NCBI GenBank assembly: GCA_040285825.1
Contig: JAUPSS010000005.1
Location: 1,488,001 to 1,552,000, forward strand
DNA: 64,000 nt
Reading direction: 5' to 3'
Source: Eukaryota sp. TZLM1-RC
Lineage: Eukaryota; Protista; Metamonada: BaSk clade
Part shown: positions 11,054-23,521 of the stretch, one piece after another
Position numbering within the stretch: position 1 is the stretch's first letter
How the letters are laid out: each line of letters begins with the position of its first letter
Position numbers and translations under genes: made by a program
The notes under the pieces: generated by a model
Database searches by the model: none
What the model saw: only the letters and a program-made list of their open reading frames with translations
What the model was told of the DNA's origin: nothing

Positions 11054-11476
11054 ATGCATCCTTATTCAGCCTCTCAGCCAATGTCTTCACAGGGCGTTTC
11101 TTCACAGTACCATCATTCATCCCATGCTTCCCAAATTTCTCAATCTGAAACAGAGGAAGATCTAGCAAGAGCTACAGAGTCGGATATCTCCGATCTTCTC
11201 TCACAACTCAAGACATTCACCCCTACCATACCAGAAGATTTGACAAAGTACCTTTTGAACAAAGCTGGTGCTCTGGTAGACAATGATGGTGTCAAGCTTG
11301 TATCTCTTGCTGCTCAAAAGTTCATGACAGAATTACTGGAAGAGAGCGTGCTGTGCTCCTACGCTACTGTGGCCAAAACGGATCCGAACTCCAGAACCTT
11401 TAAGTTGGAGGACTTGATGATGGCGATGAACGAGAAGGGGATTTCGATAGCAAAGCCTCAGTACTTTTTTAAATAA
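11054..11476 (+). CDS. TAF10: TFIID subunit TAF10
   Basis: TPTIPEDLTKYLL..AG, VKLVSLAAQKF, LEDL..A..E.GI...KPQYF signature. Confidence 0.92.
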   Translation: MHPYSASQPMSSQGVSSQYHHSSHASQISQSETEEDLARATESDISDLLSQLKTFTPTIPEDLTKYLLNKAGALVDNDGVKLVSLAAQKFMTELLEESVLCSYATVAKTDPNSRTFKLEDLMMAMNEKGISIAKPQYFFK

Positions 11477-12029
11477 GTTTTTGTATATGGTTTTTTTGGC
11501 AAATATGTGGTTTTTTGGTTTTTTATTTCAGTTTGCAGCTGTTGCAAAAGCTCTATAATGCTGTTTGAATAATACTTTCTGAAGTTTGGAATGGAGTATT
11601 GGAAAACTTAATAAAAACAATATTTGCCGGATTTCTTTTGGTTCAATAATGTTTCCTTAGAATTGTTTCTATTAAATGCTTTTTAAAAATTGACTTTGTG
11701 TACAATTAAAGAAATGCATTGGCATTTACAAAAACATGAAAATCGCAGTGTTTCCCAATGGATTTGAGTATTTGAAATACTTTACATAAAGTTTATAATT
11801 TGATATCAGTGAAATTGTTTTCACTTGTGCAAACACAATTATTTTCACAAACAGAACAAATGCAATAACGCAAGATATCACTGGAAACTTATTGTAAATA
11901 TTACAGTCAGTAAGGGAATGTATTTAAAAATCCAATTATCATTCGCAAGATGTGTAAAAGAATGATTTTATTACTATTCTAATATAATTTGTTATTTGAA
12001 TAAAACGAAAAGTTTTTCTTTTGTACCTT

Positions 12030-12955
12030 CGAGATCTTTGTCTAATCTTCATCTTGCTGTTGTGAAATTACAGAAGTCTGTTTTAACTGGTTTTGAAGAC
12101 CTGGATTTTTCTAAATGACTAAGTGTGACTAAGATTAATTATCCCGTCTTTGCTGCCTTTTTATCAGACATCCAGAATTGCATTAGTTTAATTTCTCAGC
12201 ACCCAAGGCCATTTGGTCTTCACTTAACAAATGAAGATTGAACAAACAACATGCGTCTGAGATTGGGGTTGTATCCAAGTAGACTTTTGGATAATTCTGT
12301 TTGTATTTGTAACGAAAAACCTACTGCCAATTTCCGTCATATTGTTAGTTGTAAGAAATTTCTTCAATACCGGTCAGTTCTTCATAATGCCGTTCGTGAT
12401 GTAACATATGAGGTATTTAAGTGTCACTATTTTAGTTGCAAAGTAGAACCTTTGTAGAAGCATTATAGCGATGTTTGATTCACGTCGTGGTGATTTACTT
12501 ATTCATTATGTGGATTCCTTTCAAATTGTTGTTGATTTCACTACAGTTGATTCCTTTGCTTTAATTTATCGTGATGATATTTTAGTTAGTTCTAATGGTC
12601 ACTTGAACAAGGCTGAGGTTCCTAAACGAGAAATATATACTGGGATATTAAATGATTTAAAGAACCTTTACTCGAAGTTTTCGTTTGTTCCTTCTGCCTT
12701 CTCGATTTTTGGCAACATTGGTCAGGCTGCCTTGAATTTTATCAATTGATTTTGGTAATTTATGTCGTTCAAGTGGTAAGAACTTTGCAGGGTATTTATG
12801 GAAGAATCGTATCATTTTCGCTTTGTACAGAAGTGTTCCCAAGTACTTGAGTTTAATGATGTCCAAACTTTATAAGGATTCATCAAGAGTTGGCGTGGAG
12901 AATTTAGTTTCTTATGTGTTTTATTTTGTTTTGTTTCTTCGTAGAAAATAAATAT
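12030..12955 (+). mobile_element. 5'-truncated, degenerate RLE non-LTR retrotransposon
   Basis: MRLRLGL, CIC...HIVSC, HNAVRD, RRGDL, VVDFTTVD, FVPSAFSIFGNIG. Confidence 0.85.
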
Positions 12956-13014
12956 TAAATAATATAAATTAAAACCATCCTAATTTATAATTTATTTTTT
13001 TATTTGTTAAAATA

Positions 13015-14610
13015 CTAAAATCTAGTTACTTTACACTTCAAATTATTCAGCTCAATTCCTCTTTTAGGATTAACCAGGCTTTGTTCCTCGGTCAAAATCG
13101 ACACTAAATCAATCAAAAAGGATCCCTCATCACTTTCCAATCTTGGTGTAATTATATCTTCCAAAAATTGCAAGAAATTTGCACAAACATCGTCATCATT
13201 TTTAACAAAACTAAATGTCTCAATAAATAACACTTTGAATTCGGGCTTAATGTGGTTTAATAATATTGTAACAACTTCAGCAATAGCTTCAGTTGGAGGC
13301 AAATTTTTAAATAAAATTCGTATTTGAGAAAGAAGAAAAGCAACTTTCAAGGCTTGGTCACTCGACACTTTGGCTAAATAAGTTCTGAAAAGGTCAAAAC
13401 TACTTGACTTTTGTTGAATTCGAAGCAAAAATCCAGCATACTGTAGTGCAGTGCAAACGTCATCAGGAAATGATTTCAGAAGGTCAGAATACTCCTTGCT
13501 GACGTCATCTGCGTCAAAATCAGTTGCCATTTCAAGTAAAGTCAACGCAAAAAGCTTGAATCTCGGAGAATACTTCAAAAACACGTCACTTGCCGGTCTT
13601 ATCCGGTCAACAATCACCTTTGATTGATTAACCCTCACACAATAACTTCCAAACATCACCCAAAACTCCAAATAGTTGGCGCAAGTCACAACACATCGGT
13701 TAAACAAGCTTAAAACGTATTCCTTGTCTTTTTCCATTGATTGCACAGCCACAAGGTAGTCTCTCCAAACAGAAAGTTGCCGTGGAGGTAATGGTTTGGG
13801 ACTAAACCAGGTTCGGCGGAGTTCGGATTCGAATTGAGTTAGTTCATTAAACTCAGCCAAAGTTGATGAATAAAATTCTTCAAGAGAGGAAAGGAAACTA
13901 TCACGTGATGAATGTTGACTGGGTGACGTTAGAGGGGTTAATTTCGATTGGAAACTTGATGGAAACGCTAAAGCTGATGAGAGAGGCTCAGCCAGCACAG
14001 GAGGCTTGAATAATTCTGAAACATTAAGTTTTTCAATAATTTCAACAGCATACTCATAAATATCTTGCAATTTTCTGGTAGGGACCGTCAATGCTACTAA
14101 TAGAATTCCCAACGATCGGCATAAAGCGGAAGCTTGCAGGAAAAGAACATCCGAAAAGAACGGAGTTGGTTCTTCTTCAACTGATGGTTGATCAAAAGAA
14201 CCTTCGATTGACTGTTCATATTCAGCCCACTTCATCCATAAATCGGAGGAAGTGGCGAAAAGACCGACGGTGGAGAGAGCTTGTACATAGACTTCGCGAA
14301 TAGAGGACGGTTCAGAGTTGGAAGTCTGCATAAAAGATGTGTAATCCATCCAGAGTTCAGGGACGAATGGACAAGCTTTTACAGCTGTCTGATAGATGGT
14401 GAGAGCAGCAGTGGTAGAGATAGAGGATTGAAATTCAGCATATTTCTTCCAATAGACATGGAGAAGCGGAAACTCTGAAAGAAAGGCAGAGTAAGCTTCC
14501 TGTGTCTTGGAGGAATCACCATCTTGCTCACAAGCAACAACAAGACGTTCCCAACTAGCAAGTTCTGAGGGGTTTTCTTTCACCAAGTTCCACAGTTCTG
14601 AACAAGACAT
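13015..14610 (-). CDS. PRP39: Pre-mRNA processing factor 39 (U1 snRNP HAT-repeat protein)
   Basis: FLSEFPLLHVYWKKYAEF, FESELRRTWF..KPL...QL..WRDYL, LFNRCVVTCANYLEFW. Confidence 0.88.
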   Translation of the reverse strand: MSCSELWNLVKENPSELASWERLVVACEQDGDSSKTQEAYSAFLSEFPLLHVYWKKYAEFQSSISTTAALTIYQTAVKACPFVPELWMDYTSFMQTSNSEPSSIREVYVQALSTVGLFATSSDLWMKWAEYEQSIEGSFDQPSVEEEPTPFFSDVLFLQASALCRSLGILLVALTVPTRKLQDIYEYAVEIIEKLNVSELFKPPVLAEPLSSALAFPSSFQSKLTPLTSPSQHSSRDSFLSSLEEFYSSTLAEFNELTQFESELRRTWFSPKPLPPRQLSVWRDYLVAVQSMEKDKEYVLSLFNRCVVTCANYLEFWVMFGSYCVRVNQSKVIVDRIRPASDVFLKYSPRFKLFALTLLEMATDFDADDVSKEYSDLLKSFPDDVCTALQYAGFLLRIQQKSSSFDLFRTYLAKVSSDQALKVAFLLSQIRILFKNLPPTEAIAEVVTILLNHIKPEFKVLFIETFSFVKNDDDVCANFLQFLEDIITPRLESDEGSFLIDLVSILTEEQSLVNPKRGIELNNLKCKVTRF

Positions 14611-14984
14611 TGATTGATGGTAAGTTGAGAATGACTTGTGAGTGATGAGGACAAATTGTTTATTTTATTCTATTTAATTTGTTATAAATCTATTTCATTG
14701 TAGATTCTGCATTGTTGAACGTTGTTCTTACTATCACAAACTTGTATCAGGTGGCATACATCACAAAATGCTGTAAATTGATTGAACAGCAGTGGATTGA
14801 TCTTTCCGAATCAATTAGTGAAAGAACATTGTGTTAATTGTGTTTCACTTCAGTATATCATCAATCATTTTGATTGGCAAATTTACAAAATCATTATCAA
14901 CAAATGAAACAGTCAAACTCTACTTGATGAAAAATTTAAATCTCATGTTAAATCAGACCATTGCCGATCAAAGATCATTAAATG

Positions 14985-17900
14985 ACAACCCAAATTATTT
15001 CTTAGTACAGAAAACCAAACGTTCCAGCACTGTACTCGTTCAGTTCTTTCATCCATACTTCATTTCATTGTGTGATATAAGATTGAGATAATCAAAAAGG
15101 CACTGCAGTAATTCAGCAATTTCTGATATTCGTCCTTGTTTTAGTGAAAATAAATAAACATAACATAATTTCTGCAACTAAAGAGAACTGCAAAAGGAAA
15201 AAAGGTTTGTCCAAATTATGTTTGGAATTTGATAGCACTATATTCTTATTCTGATATCAGACACGACATAGAAGATCCATTGACTAGGTTATCTTTATTT
15301 GAAATAAGGAACCATACAAATTCTAGAATTGAATATTTGACCCAATTGTTCGTCATGGAACTTCTGGATTTTTTGAAGTTCACAGTCAAGGACTATGGGG
15401 TAGTTTGCGTTCTGTTTTCACAGATGATGAAATTAATGACAAGAGAAATAATTTGGAGTAAAATTGGATAATTGACATTCAACATATTAGTCCAGAAGAA
15501 CAAAATTTGATACACCATTTACTAAATAAGGCTACATATTTAAGAACACCATAAAAAGTGATGGTTTTGCAGCCTATATTGAGCAAGCAAGGGAGAATTG
15601 TATTGGCATGTCATTCAAGCCTGGTAGTGCAAAGTTTGCAACCTCTGAGAACTATTTGGATGATTTGGATGTTGACTTTCAATCATCAAAACATAAAGTA
15701 CATATTGACCAGGGTGAAAATGATTTACTTTGTTTCTGTGGTAAAATTAGATTCCAACTTAACGCAAAGGACTGACTGAAAAGAGAAAAACAATATGTGT
15801 GGCTCAGATAAACAAAATTGGAGTGGTCAAGGATATGAAGAGTTCACCAAAATTTCAGAAAATTGAAGAAGAAAGAGTTTATTTTGCAAAATGAAATCAC
15901 AGTGGAAATAACAGAAGCTTTTTTATCCAAAGAATCATCAAAACCTTCCAAATGTTTGATTATTGGCCATGAACTAATTTAATTTTTCATTAATGATGTC
16001 AATGTCCCCTTTATCAATTATGATCAGTCTGGTTTTCGTTTTTTGGGTTGTTATCTCGGAAATATTGATGAAGTCAAAGGCCAACTTTCGACTCTGTTGA
16101 CTCAATTTGGAAATGAATTAGAATCAATAAAAAATTCAAATATTGAGAAACATTTGAAATTCTTTTTCCTAAAAATTTGTTATTCTGGAAAATTTACTCA
16201 TATTATGAGATCAACATCACCATCAATTTCTTTGGAGTTTTGTCGAATTGTCAATGAACAAAGAACCAATTTTTCAGTAAAATTATTGGAAATTGATGCA
16301 TCTCAGTTAGGAAGCCACATTTGTTGTGGTACAAATTTTGGTGATGTTGATTTTCATAAATCAAGCTACCTTTGTAAAGCTGCCTTTATTGGAGGTGGTA
16401 AAAGTTTCATTTATGAATTTGTGAATCGTTTTCTTGAAAAATTGATCTCATTAAAAATTGTGGCAGCTCTTATCTTATTTCTTTGCAAGAGGAAATTGAA
16501 GCTCTTTCATCCAATATTCGGTCTAAATGTTTCCCCTCTGATATTGTGGAACTTCCTCCAACAAGCTTGCTCTCCTTACCACTTACTTTTGCAAATTTGC
16601 AGAAAAAAATCTTAAAAGTTTTCGTAAACTTGGATTATATTGTACGTCTTAGCTTGGCTAAGGAAAAAAATCCCGTTTTTGCAAACTTTTTGATTGATCT
16701 TGATGACAGGTGCTCAAGCTGCCTAATCTCCCCAATTCCCAACATTTATGGAATTCTACTCAATGATCACCAATGGACCACTGCAATGAGAATGAGATGT
16801 TTTCTATGGCCTTGTTCTTTACCAAATGATTTAATTTGTCGCTGCAAGAGTGTTGTTACGCTTTCCCATATTTTAAACTGTAAGTATTTTATAACTTATC
16901 ACTCAATTGATCATGACTCAGTTCGTGATCAATTATATGCCATGTGCAAAAGTTTCAATATAGAGGCATTTATTGAGCCACTAGCACGTAAGCTGTCTTC
17001 AGATCAAACTGATGATTCCTGTGGTAAAAGAAGGCCAGATTTAGTAGCTCCAGGGATCGATGGTGTTCTCAATGTTGTAGATGTTGTCTCAGTTGATGTT
17101 TGCAAAAATTCTGCTGCTCGTTTAGTGTATTCCGCTGATTCGCCGTTATCTAACGCCGAAAAAAAGAAGATAAAAAAATATGAAGAACCTTTGGCACAGT
17201 TAGGTAGAGTGGAACATGTGAAATATCAGTTTGTGCCGTTTGCAATTTCTCTTTTTGGCAATATTGGACCTTCAGGGTTGCACTTTTTGGAAAATTTTAA
17301 AAAAGTGTTACTGAATAGGTCTGGTAAAACAATGAACTCCACTTTCTGGTTAAATAGAATTGTCTTTTGCATTTTCAAGTCTATTCCTACAATGATTTCA
17401 AAGGCGCTTTTAGCTATCGGTGTAGAATATGAACGTAATGCTGTGAGTAGGTTTAGTTATAGTGACACTTGTTTGGAGGATATTGAATTCTAGATAGTTG
17501 TTTTATCTAAATAAATATTCTAGTTAAAAAAACCTTCCATTTATAATAATTTCTATTCTTATGTGCTTCCAAGCTGACAAAAATCACAATTACATTTGCT
17601 TACTACTGTTTAATGATATGACCCTTTCAAAATTGCAAAAATATGTTCATCATCAGAAAATAAGACAAAGTTTTTGAGAAGAACGGCTGAACAACAATGG
17701 AAGCAAGAAGACACTATCCAAATGTTTGGTGACAATGGCAATAAGAGAAAAAATTTAAAGCATCATCGATCAAAAAGAGGAGTTGGATGGAGAAATTTCT
17801 TTAAGAGAAATGGTTACACCGTTTGTTTAGTTGATGCGAGAAACACATCTACACAGTGTCCAACTTGTTACAACCCAGTAAATGTATTTCTTGATGTTGA

Positions 17901-18093
17901 GAGTCCTAGGTCATGGATGAGGGAGAAATATCCTGCTGTGCAATTGAGATGTCGATCTGAAATTTGTACAGAAGAATGTGATGGACAGTATAAGGTATGT
18001 GATCGTAACAAGTTAACATGTATCAACATTAAGGCAATTATAGATAATTTTGTAGAGGATAGTGTAGGTGTTTGGCCTTCATATTTGTCATGA
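14985..18093 (+). pseudogene. Fanzor1-type nuclease pseudogene (copy B), interrupted by a retrotransposon
   Basis: Inverted homologue of copy A. HIDQG at ~15701; VDARNTSTQCPTC (catalytic E>A); CDRNKLTCINI (D>N); ends WPSYLS*. Part of the N-terminal lobe is replaced by unrelated DNA (~15125-15340). Start approximate. Confidence 0.8.
15951..17528 (+). mobile_element. 5'-truncated RLE non-LTR retrotransposon (CRE/R2-like: RT end, CCHC finger, restriction-like endonuclease)
   Basis: GFRFLGCYLG (end of RT), CRC...HILNC, HDSVRD, RRPDL, VDVVSVD, AEKKKIKKY. 11-bp TSD AAAACCTTCCA (15940-15950 and 17529-17539). One frameshift at the A-run 16437-16441. Confidence 0.92.
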
Positions 18094-18275
18094 GCTATAG
18101 CTTTTTACAACAGTGAATCTGTGGCATTTTTGGATTTTTCCATGCCATTGGTGCTGTAAGCTTAGCCTCAACAATAGTAAAAGATAAGGAATATCTATTG
18201 AAATTCACTGGCTCCAGTTAAAGCAATCACTAGTGAAGTCTATTACTACAAACTACTGTGAATGTCTATCAAAAC
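18094..18275 (+). ncRNA. Candidate omegaRNA scaffold / right end of Fanzor copy B
   Basis: Conserved with 1123-1284; hairpin TTCACTGG...CTAGTGAA (18204-18237); duplicated terminal motif. Confidence 0.5.
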
Positions 18276-20031
18276 ACTTTTCTGGTTTTTGACCAATTCA
18301 GGCAATCTTGATAGACGTTAGGCATACTTTAGATCTATCACTATATGATATCACGATCAAATTATAGTTCAAGCAGCAACATCACAGTACGTGTACACAA
18401 TACATCGAAAAAAACTTATCTATGGGGTCTCCGGAACGCCTCCGGTCTTTCATTGATAGTGCTCACTGATGGAACAAAGATTTTATTCAATGATACAGTA
18501 TAAATTATTTCAGCTGATGATCACTCATTGACTATTTTGTTTATTCTTGGATGATTTGATAACAAATGCTCAACATAAGTCAAGAAATGTTGTATAAAAC
18601 CAGATGAGATGAGATGGTGAAGCTGATCAAAATAGATTAACACACTTTTTGAGGAATGTTGAGATGTTGAATGAACTCAAGACTAGTTGAATGAAACATG
18701 AATTTAAGAATTCAGGGAATAATTATCAAACGTCCAAAATTTAAGGAATTCATGGAAATTGCTGAATTTAATTGAGAAAATTCAGTCATTCAACACAAAA
18801 TCCTCAATGTGTCGATGTGAAGAAAATTACAATTAATTTATCGAGAAAATTTGATATTTGATATTGTTTGATGAGTTGACAACTGTAAACCATCGAAATC
18901 TCACATCTGTAGAAGTCGAAATACTGGACCACTCTTCCAGTGTCATGGTAGCTCAAACGTTGTGGTTGGATGTGAGGGATGCTGGGACACGTGGCCCATG
19001 TTTCGATGAACCATTCACCTGCGTTCTCAAGAAAGAGTCTTTTGGATCATTATTATTGTTTTTGTTGGCTCTATTCTAGAATGGACCAGGCGATTCAGAA
19101 GAAAGAAGACAACAAATGGCAGAAACAAGACCACACCTTGAACTTACCGGTAACCAGTCACTCCCAAATTATAAGAGTTCAAAACAACGCGGTCTTCTTG
19201 GGGTCAAATGCGAAAAGCATGGAAGGGTGAAAAAAGTTTCATTGAAAAAAACAAATACCCACTATAACTGTATCTCAGGGAAGCTCATCCACAAATGAGA
19301 CTCATAAGTAGACCGTGTTCCAGTCTGATTCTGGGGAGGAATATGGATTCATTTATAAGTATTTTGTGAAATCAAATCCATTGAGGTACCTCGGAAGCTC
19401 AATCTCTTTAGCACAAGGTAATGTTAGACAAAGAGCTTTACCATCTTTAAAAAAATCTATACAAAAATAATGAATGATTATCGTTTTAATTAAAAGAAAA
19501 CTAGAACAGCAAAACATTGTTTTTACAACAATTGATATCATTTTTGATATATTTCGAGAATGAATCAACTTTTTTTCTGAATTACTAGTTAATATTTTTT
19601 AAGGCTGACATTACAAATTAATAAGCCCAGAAGGATTATTGTTGTCAATTCTTTGTGATTTATTCCATCATAGTGTACAAACAAATTGACAACAAAGAAA
19701 AGGCAGAATATGTGAGAATTTTTATTCACTGATCAAAACGAAGGATGAGGGATCAAAAAGAAAAGAAAATTCACATACTGTTCAAAATAACTAAAGCACA
19801 ACATTTCCAATATTTGTTCACAACATCAATAAAAATGTATAAAAATGTTGATTTAAACCATTATTATTTAGATAAATACATGTGGGAATTAGCGTGCAAT
19901 TTTCATAATTGAAACTTCAACATTTCTATTTGCTTTGAACTAATCAGAAAATCACAATAGAATTAATCTTGTCATTGGCCAATCACCCTATTCCACCCTT
20001 ACAACCTTGTCTCCTTTCCAAACCTCACCTT

Positions 20032-20730
20032 ATGGAATCAGATCTCACCTTTCGCATCGAAGATGTACTTCTCAGAGACGAACTGAATGAGGGTTCTGAT
20101 CAAGCCAATACATGTCTATTATACCTCCGTGGACACTGTCTACGTGGTTCTAACTGTCCTTTCCGTCATTGGCGCCCCCCGGAGAAAGAAACAGTCTGCA
20201 AACATTGGATGCGTGGTCTTTGTAAAAAGGGAGAGTATTGTGAATACCTACATCAACTAGACATGGACCGCATGCCTGAGTGTTGGTTCTACTACACTTA
20301 TGGCGAGTGTCACAACCAAGAATGCAGTTTTAGACACATTAACCCCGAGGAAAAAATGTCTGATTGTCCCTATTATGCACGAGGGTTTTGTAAAAATGGG
20401 CCTCGTTGTACGTATCGCCATGTACGTAGACAGCCATGTGAACTTTACCTAGCAGGGTTTTGTCCAAGGGGAAATAAATGTGAGAATGGACATCCAAAGT
20501 TTGAGATGGTTAGAGCGGCCCCTGAAGCTCCAACTACTGACTTTGGAAGTGGTAATAGTAAGCGTATTAGCTGCCATATTTGCAAAGGTCCACATAAAGC
20601 TAATGTATGTCCTGATAAACAAAAACATCATCGCACAGGACCCATAGTCTGTTTTAAGTGTGGAATTCCGGGCCATTTGGCTAATAAATGTACTACTAGG
20701 CAGGGTAGGGGTTGGCACCAAAATAGGTGA
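20032..20730 (+). CDS. CPSF4: Cleavage and polyadenylation specificity factor 30 kDa subunit (CPSF30/Yth1)
   Basis: Five CCCH fingers (VCKHWMRGLCKKGEYCEYLH, MPECWFY, CPYYARGFCKNGPRC) plus two CCHC knuckles. First ATG is at 20032. Confidence 0.95.
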   Translation: MESDLTFRIEDVLLRDELNEGSDQANTCLLYLRGHCLRGSNCPFRHWRPPEKETVCKHWMRGLCKKGEYCEYLHQLDMDRMPECWFYYTYGECHNQECSFRHINPEEKMSDCPYYARGFCKNGPRCTYRHVRRQPCELYLAGFCPRGNKCENGHPKFEMVRAAPEAPTTDFGSGNSKRISCHICKGPHKANVCPDKQKHHRTGPIVCFKCGIPGHLANKCTTRQGRGWHQNR

Positions 20731-21321
20731 TTGCTCTTTATTTAATGATTTTATTGATGTTGAGGGTATTGAAGGATCAAAATAGGGGTGAGTTGTTTTG
20801 ATTGATCATTCTGGTTAACGTGTTTAAAAATAAAGTTTTTGAAAGCTTGTGCAAGTGCATTTGTTAGGTTTTGCTTTATGAATTACTCGCAAACAATGTT
20901 CCTTGGTAGGGGTATAATGAAGTTTGACATGAAGCTATCCTTTGCATAGTTTTGCCTTGTTTCCAAAGTTGTCAAAGACTGAATCGGAAATCTTCAAGTT
21001 TTGAAATCATTGTGTGAGATAGACTAGTTTAATAGCTGTTGATTTTAACTTGGCAAGTAAATGGACACTGTTTGAAATAATATTCATAATTTTCAAATTG
21101 TGCCGATCAAACACACCAAGAGTAATTAATAAAACTTAATACATTGCACTTACAGACATTCACGATTTGCTTTTTGTTATTGAAGACAAACTCTTTGGGG
21201 TTATTTCTTCCTTGTTTTGTTATACAGAATTGGCCTGAGGTGATTCCAAATATCAGGTGACTGCTATTTGAATTTCCTGTTGGTGAATCATAATTTATGA
21301 TTAATCATCTCTCCAAATGCA

Positions 21322-22407
21322 ATGCTTTCAGAAATACTATCACAACTGGAGTCTAAACCTCATCACTCTTATCAATCTTCCAATACTTCATCATCTATAG
21401 ATTACGAGTCCATTCATGTTACCTTTACACTACCACTCAATTTCAGTTCCACTCTACACCGTGATTATGCAAAGTTTTCATCCACCAGTCGTACATCTCA
21501 CTTCATTAGGGTCCATATTAAACCTTTGTTCAATATTTTGTCTTCTATAGCTTCTGATCTCTCTGCTTCCTCCTGCCATGACTCCTCTACTCATGACCAT
21601 TATCTAGACCTTGTTAAGTCTGCTCTTTCTCAGTGGTTTAACTTCCTTTCTATTTCTTTCAAGCATCTATTTCATCCATTTATTGATGCTCTTTTATCTT
21701 CTCTACCAACTCTACTTAGTCCCCTCAGTGAGGATGTTGGAATTACCCTTGCTAAATCACTTACTGAATCAATTCTCTCCTTTCCTTTTGATCATTCGCA
21801 ATTGTTATTATCTTTGTTTGAATCAATTTTTGCTTTATTTAGTCCTTTTGAGCTGATTATTGAGGATTTTAAGCCAAATTTGTATTGTTTTTACCACTCT
21901 GTTTTAATTAAATATTATTCAAAGCAAAAATTGTCAAAAATTGGTGAAATTTTTAGTGATTTGACTTGTCATTTGTCAACTGACAATGTCTGGGACATAA
22001 AGAGATCACTGGACCAATCTGAAATATCCATTCCTAATAGTGTTTCTGTTTTTTGTTTCAAAATCAGTTTAATCAGTGTTGATTTTTTAAAATTAATTGA
22101 TCAAATAATAAAAAAAGAAATCAGGTCTTTTAAATCAACTTTAATTAAACCTGTTGTTTGCTCTTTTTTTCAAGAATTAATTACATTTGTTTCACTCTTT
22201 ATTGATTTATTTGATAATTTAGATATTGAAACTGGTGCTTTAGTTGTGAAGCAAATGTCAATAAAAGTTTTGGAAGGTCATAAAGAACTTCTTTCTTTAT
22301 TCGTCAAGGGAAATTTTGATTTTTTTGTTGACTTTGAGGCTCCTTTTTGTTTGAAATCTTTAGTTAACCAAATAAGGAAATTTGAATTAATGAAACTTTT
22401 TAATTAA
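21322..22407 (+). CDS. Hypothetical helical protein
   Basis: 361-aa ATG ORF with no recognised motif. Confidence 0.6.
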   Translation: MLSEILSQLESKPHHSYQSSNTSSSIDYESIHVTFTLPLNFSSTLHRDYAKFSSTSRTSHFIRVHIKPLFNILSSIASDLSASSCHDSSTHDHYLDLVKSALSQWFNFLSISFKHLFHPFIDALLSSLPTLLSPLSEDVGITLAKSLTESILSFPFDHSQLLLSLFESIFALFSPFELIIEDFKPNLYCFYHSVLIKYYSKQKLSKIGEIFSDLTCHLSTDNVWDIKRSLDQSEISIPNSVSVFCFKISLISVDFLKLIDQIIKKEIRSFKSTLIKPVVCSFFQELITFVSLFIDLFDNLDIETGALVVKQMSIKVLEGHKELLSLFVKGNFDFFVDFEAPFCLKSLVNQIRKFELMKLFN

Positions 22408-23521
22408 TTGTTTTTTTAAGAATAATATTAATGGTTTTTTTGAAGCTCTATTTTTCCAGCTTGCTTTTGTATAATGGTTTTCAATTATCTAGACCTTGTA
22501 CCTAACAGTATCAACCTTCTCAATAAATGAATAAATAATAAATGAATAATAAATAAATAATGGTGCTTATGGGTTAGTAATATCTGTATAACAGATTGTA
22601 AATAATTGTTTCCGAAAACAGAAATCGTAGTAAAAAGAATGCAAATCGACTAAAAATAGTTTAAATATTAAGAAAACAACAGAAAAAATTGCAGACCGAT
22701 TGGTTATAAATGTAAGCAAAGTTTGCCGTTTTGTGAAGTTCTTGACGTTCAACCTGATTTCTGTTGTGATAATGGCTTCTAAGTTTTCTAATTAAAAAAG
22801 AAATCAATTCAAAAAACAACATTGAATATGATTCCGAATTATGATTATTTAAAACAGAGTCCTATTTAAATGGATTTGGTTGTGTTTTGTTTTTGTGTAG
22901 ATACGGCTGATCATATGATTTACTGCTGTAAGAAATGTAATAAATAATTTCTACATTTTGACAAACAAATAGCTGAGAATAAGTGGTTTCCTCCAAAAAG
23001 AAAAGATACAAACTGGTACATAATAATAATTAATGAATAACCAAGTCATTTATATGATGCAACCGCAGATATTCTTGAAAGGAAAAAACGAAAAGATATC
23101 ATTTATTATTAATTATTATTATTTATATCAATTTTTAGCCAAATTCAACGATTCATAAGAAACTAAACCAACCTTAATTTCAACATAATGAAGCCTTAAC
23201 AGAGTTGATCCAAAAAAATTAAACCAATCAAATGAAACGAAATCAGCCCGAATTAATTACAAAACCAAAAACAAAACTATTTTCCCTGGCCAACAATAAA
23301 CGCTGGACAAGGTTTCTGAGACAAGAAAAGAATAAAAAGTTTACACAAATTAATTAACATATCAACAAATTTTTTTATATAAACAATCACCTTTAAAATT
23401 TCGTTCTTTTAGTTTTTTTGAATTTGAAATACATGGAGAGTATCATTACATCGAAACAACTTGAAAAGTTGAGTTAAATTCACTAGTAAAGTCAACTAAT
23501 CCATCTCAATCAATTAAACTT

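Noticed and set aside
14729-14750. CTATCACAAACT as a TSD partner of the A/B 3' CTATCAAAAC
   Set aside because: Imperfect, AT-rich match requiring gaps; not distinguishable from chance.
18450-19340. Possible hAT (LTSVEVE) or further Fanzor (CEGC..W) remnants
   Set aside because: Only isolated short motifs amid many stops; cannot be supported.
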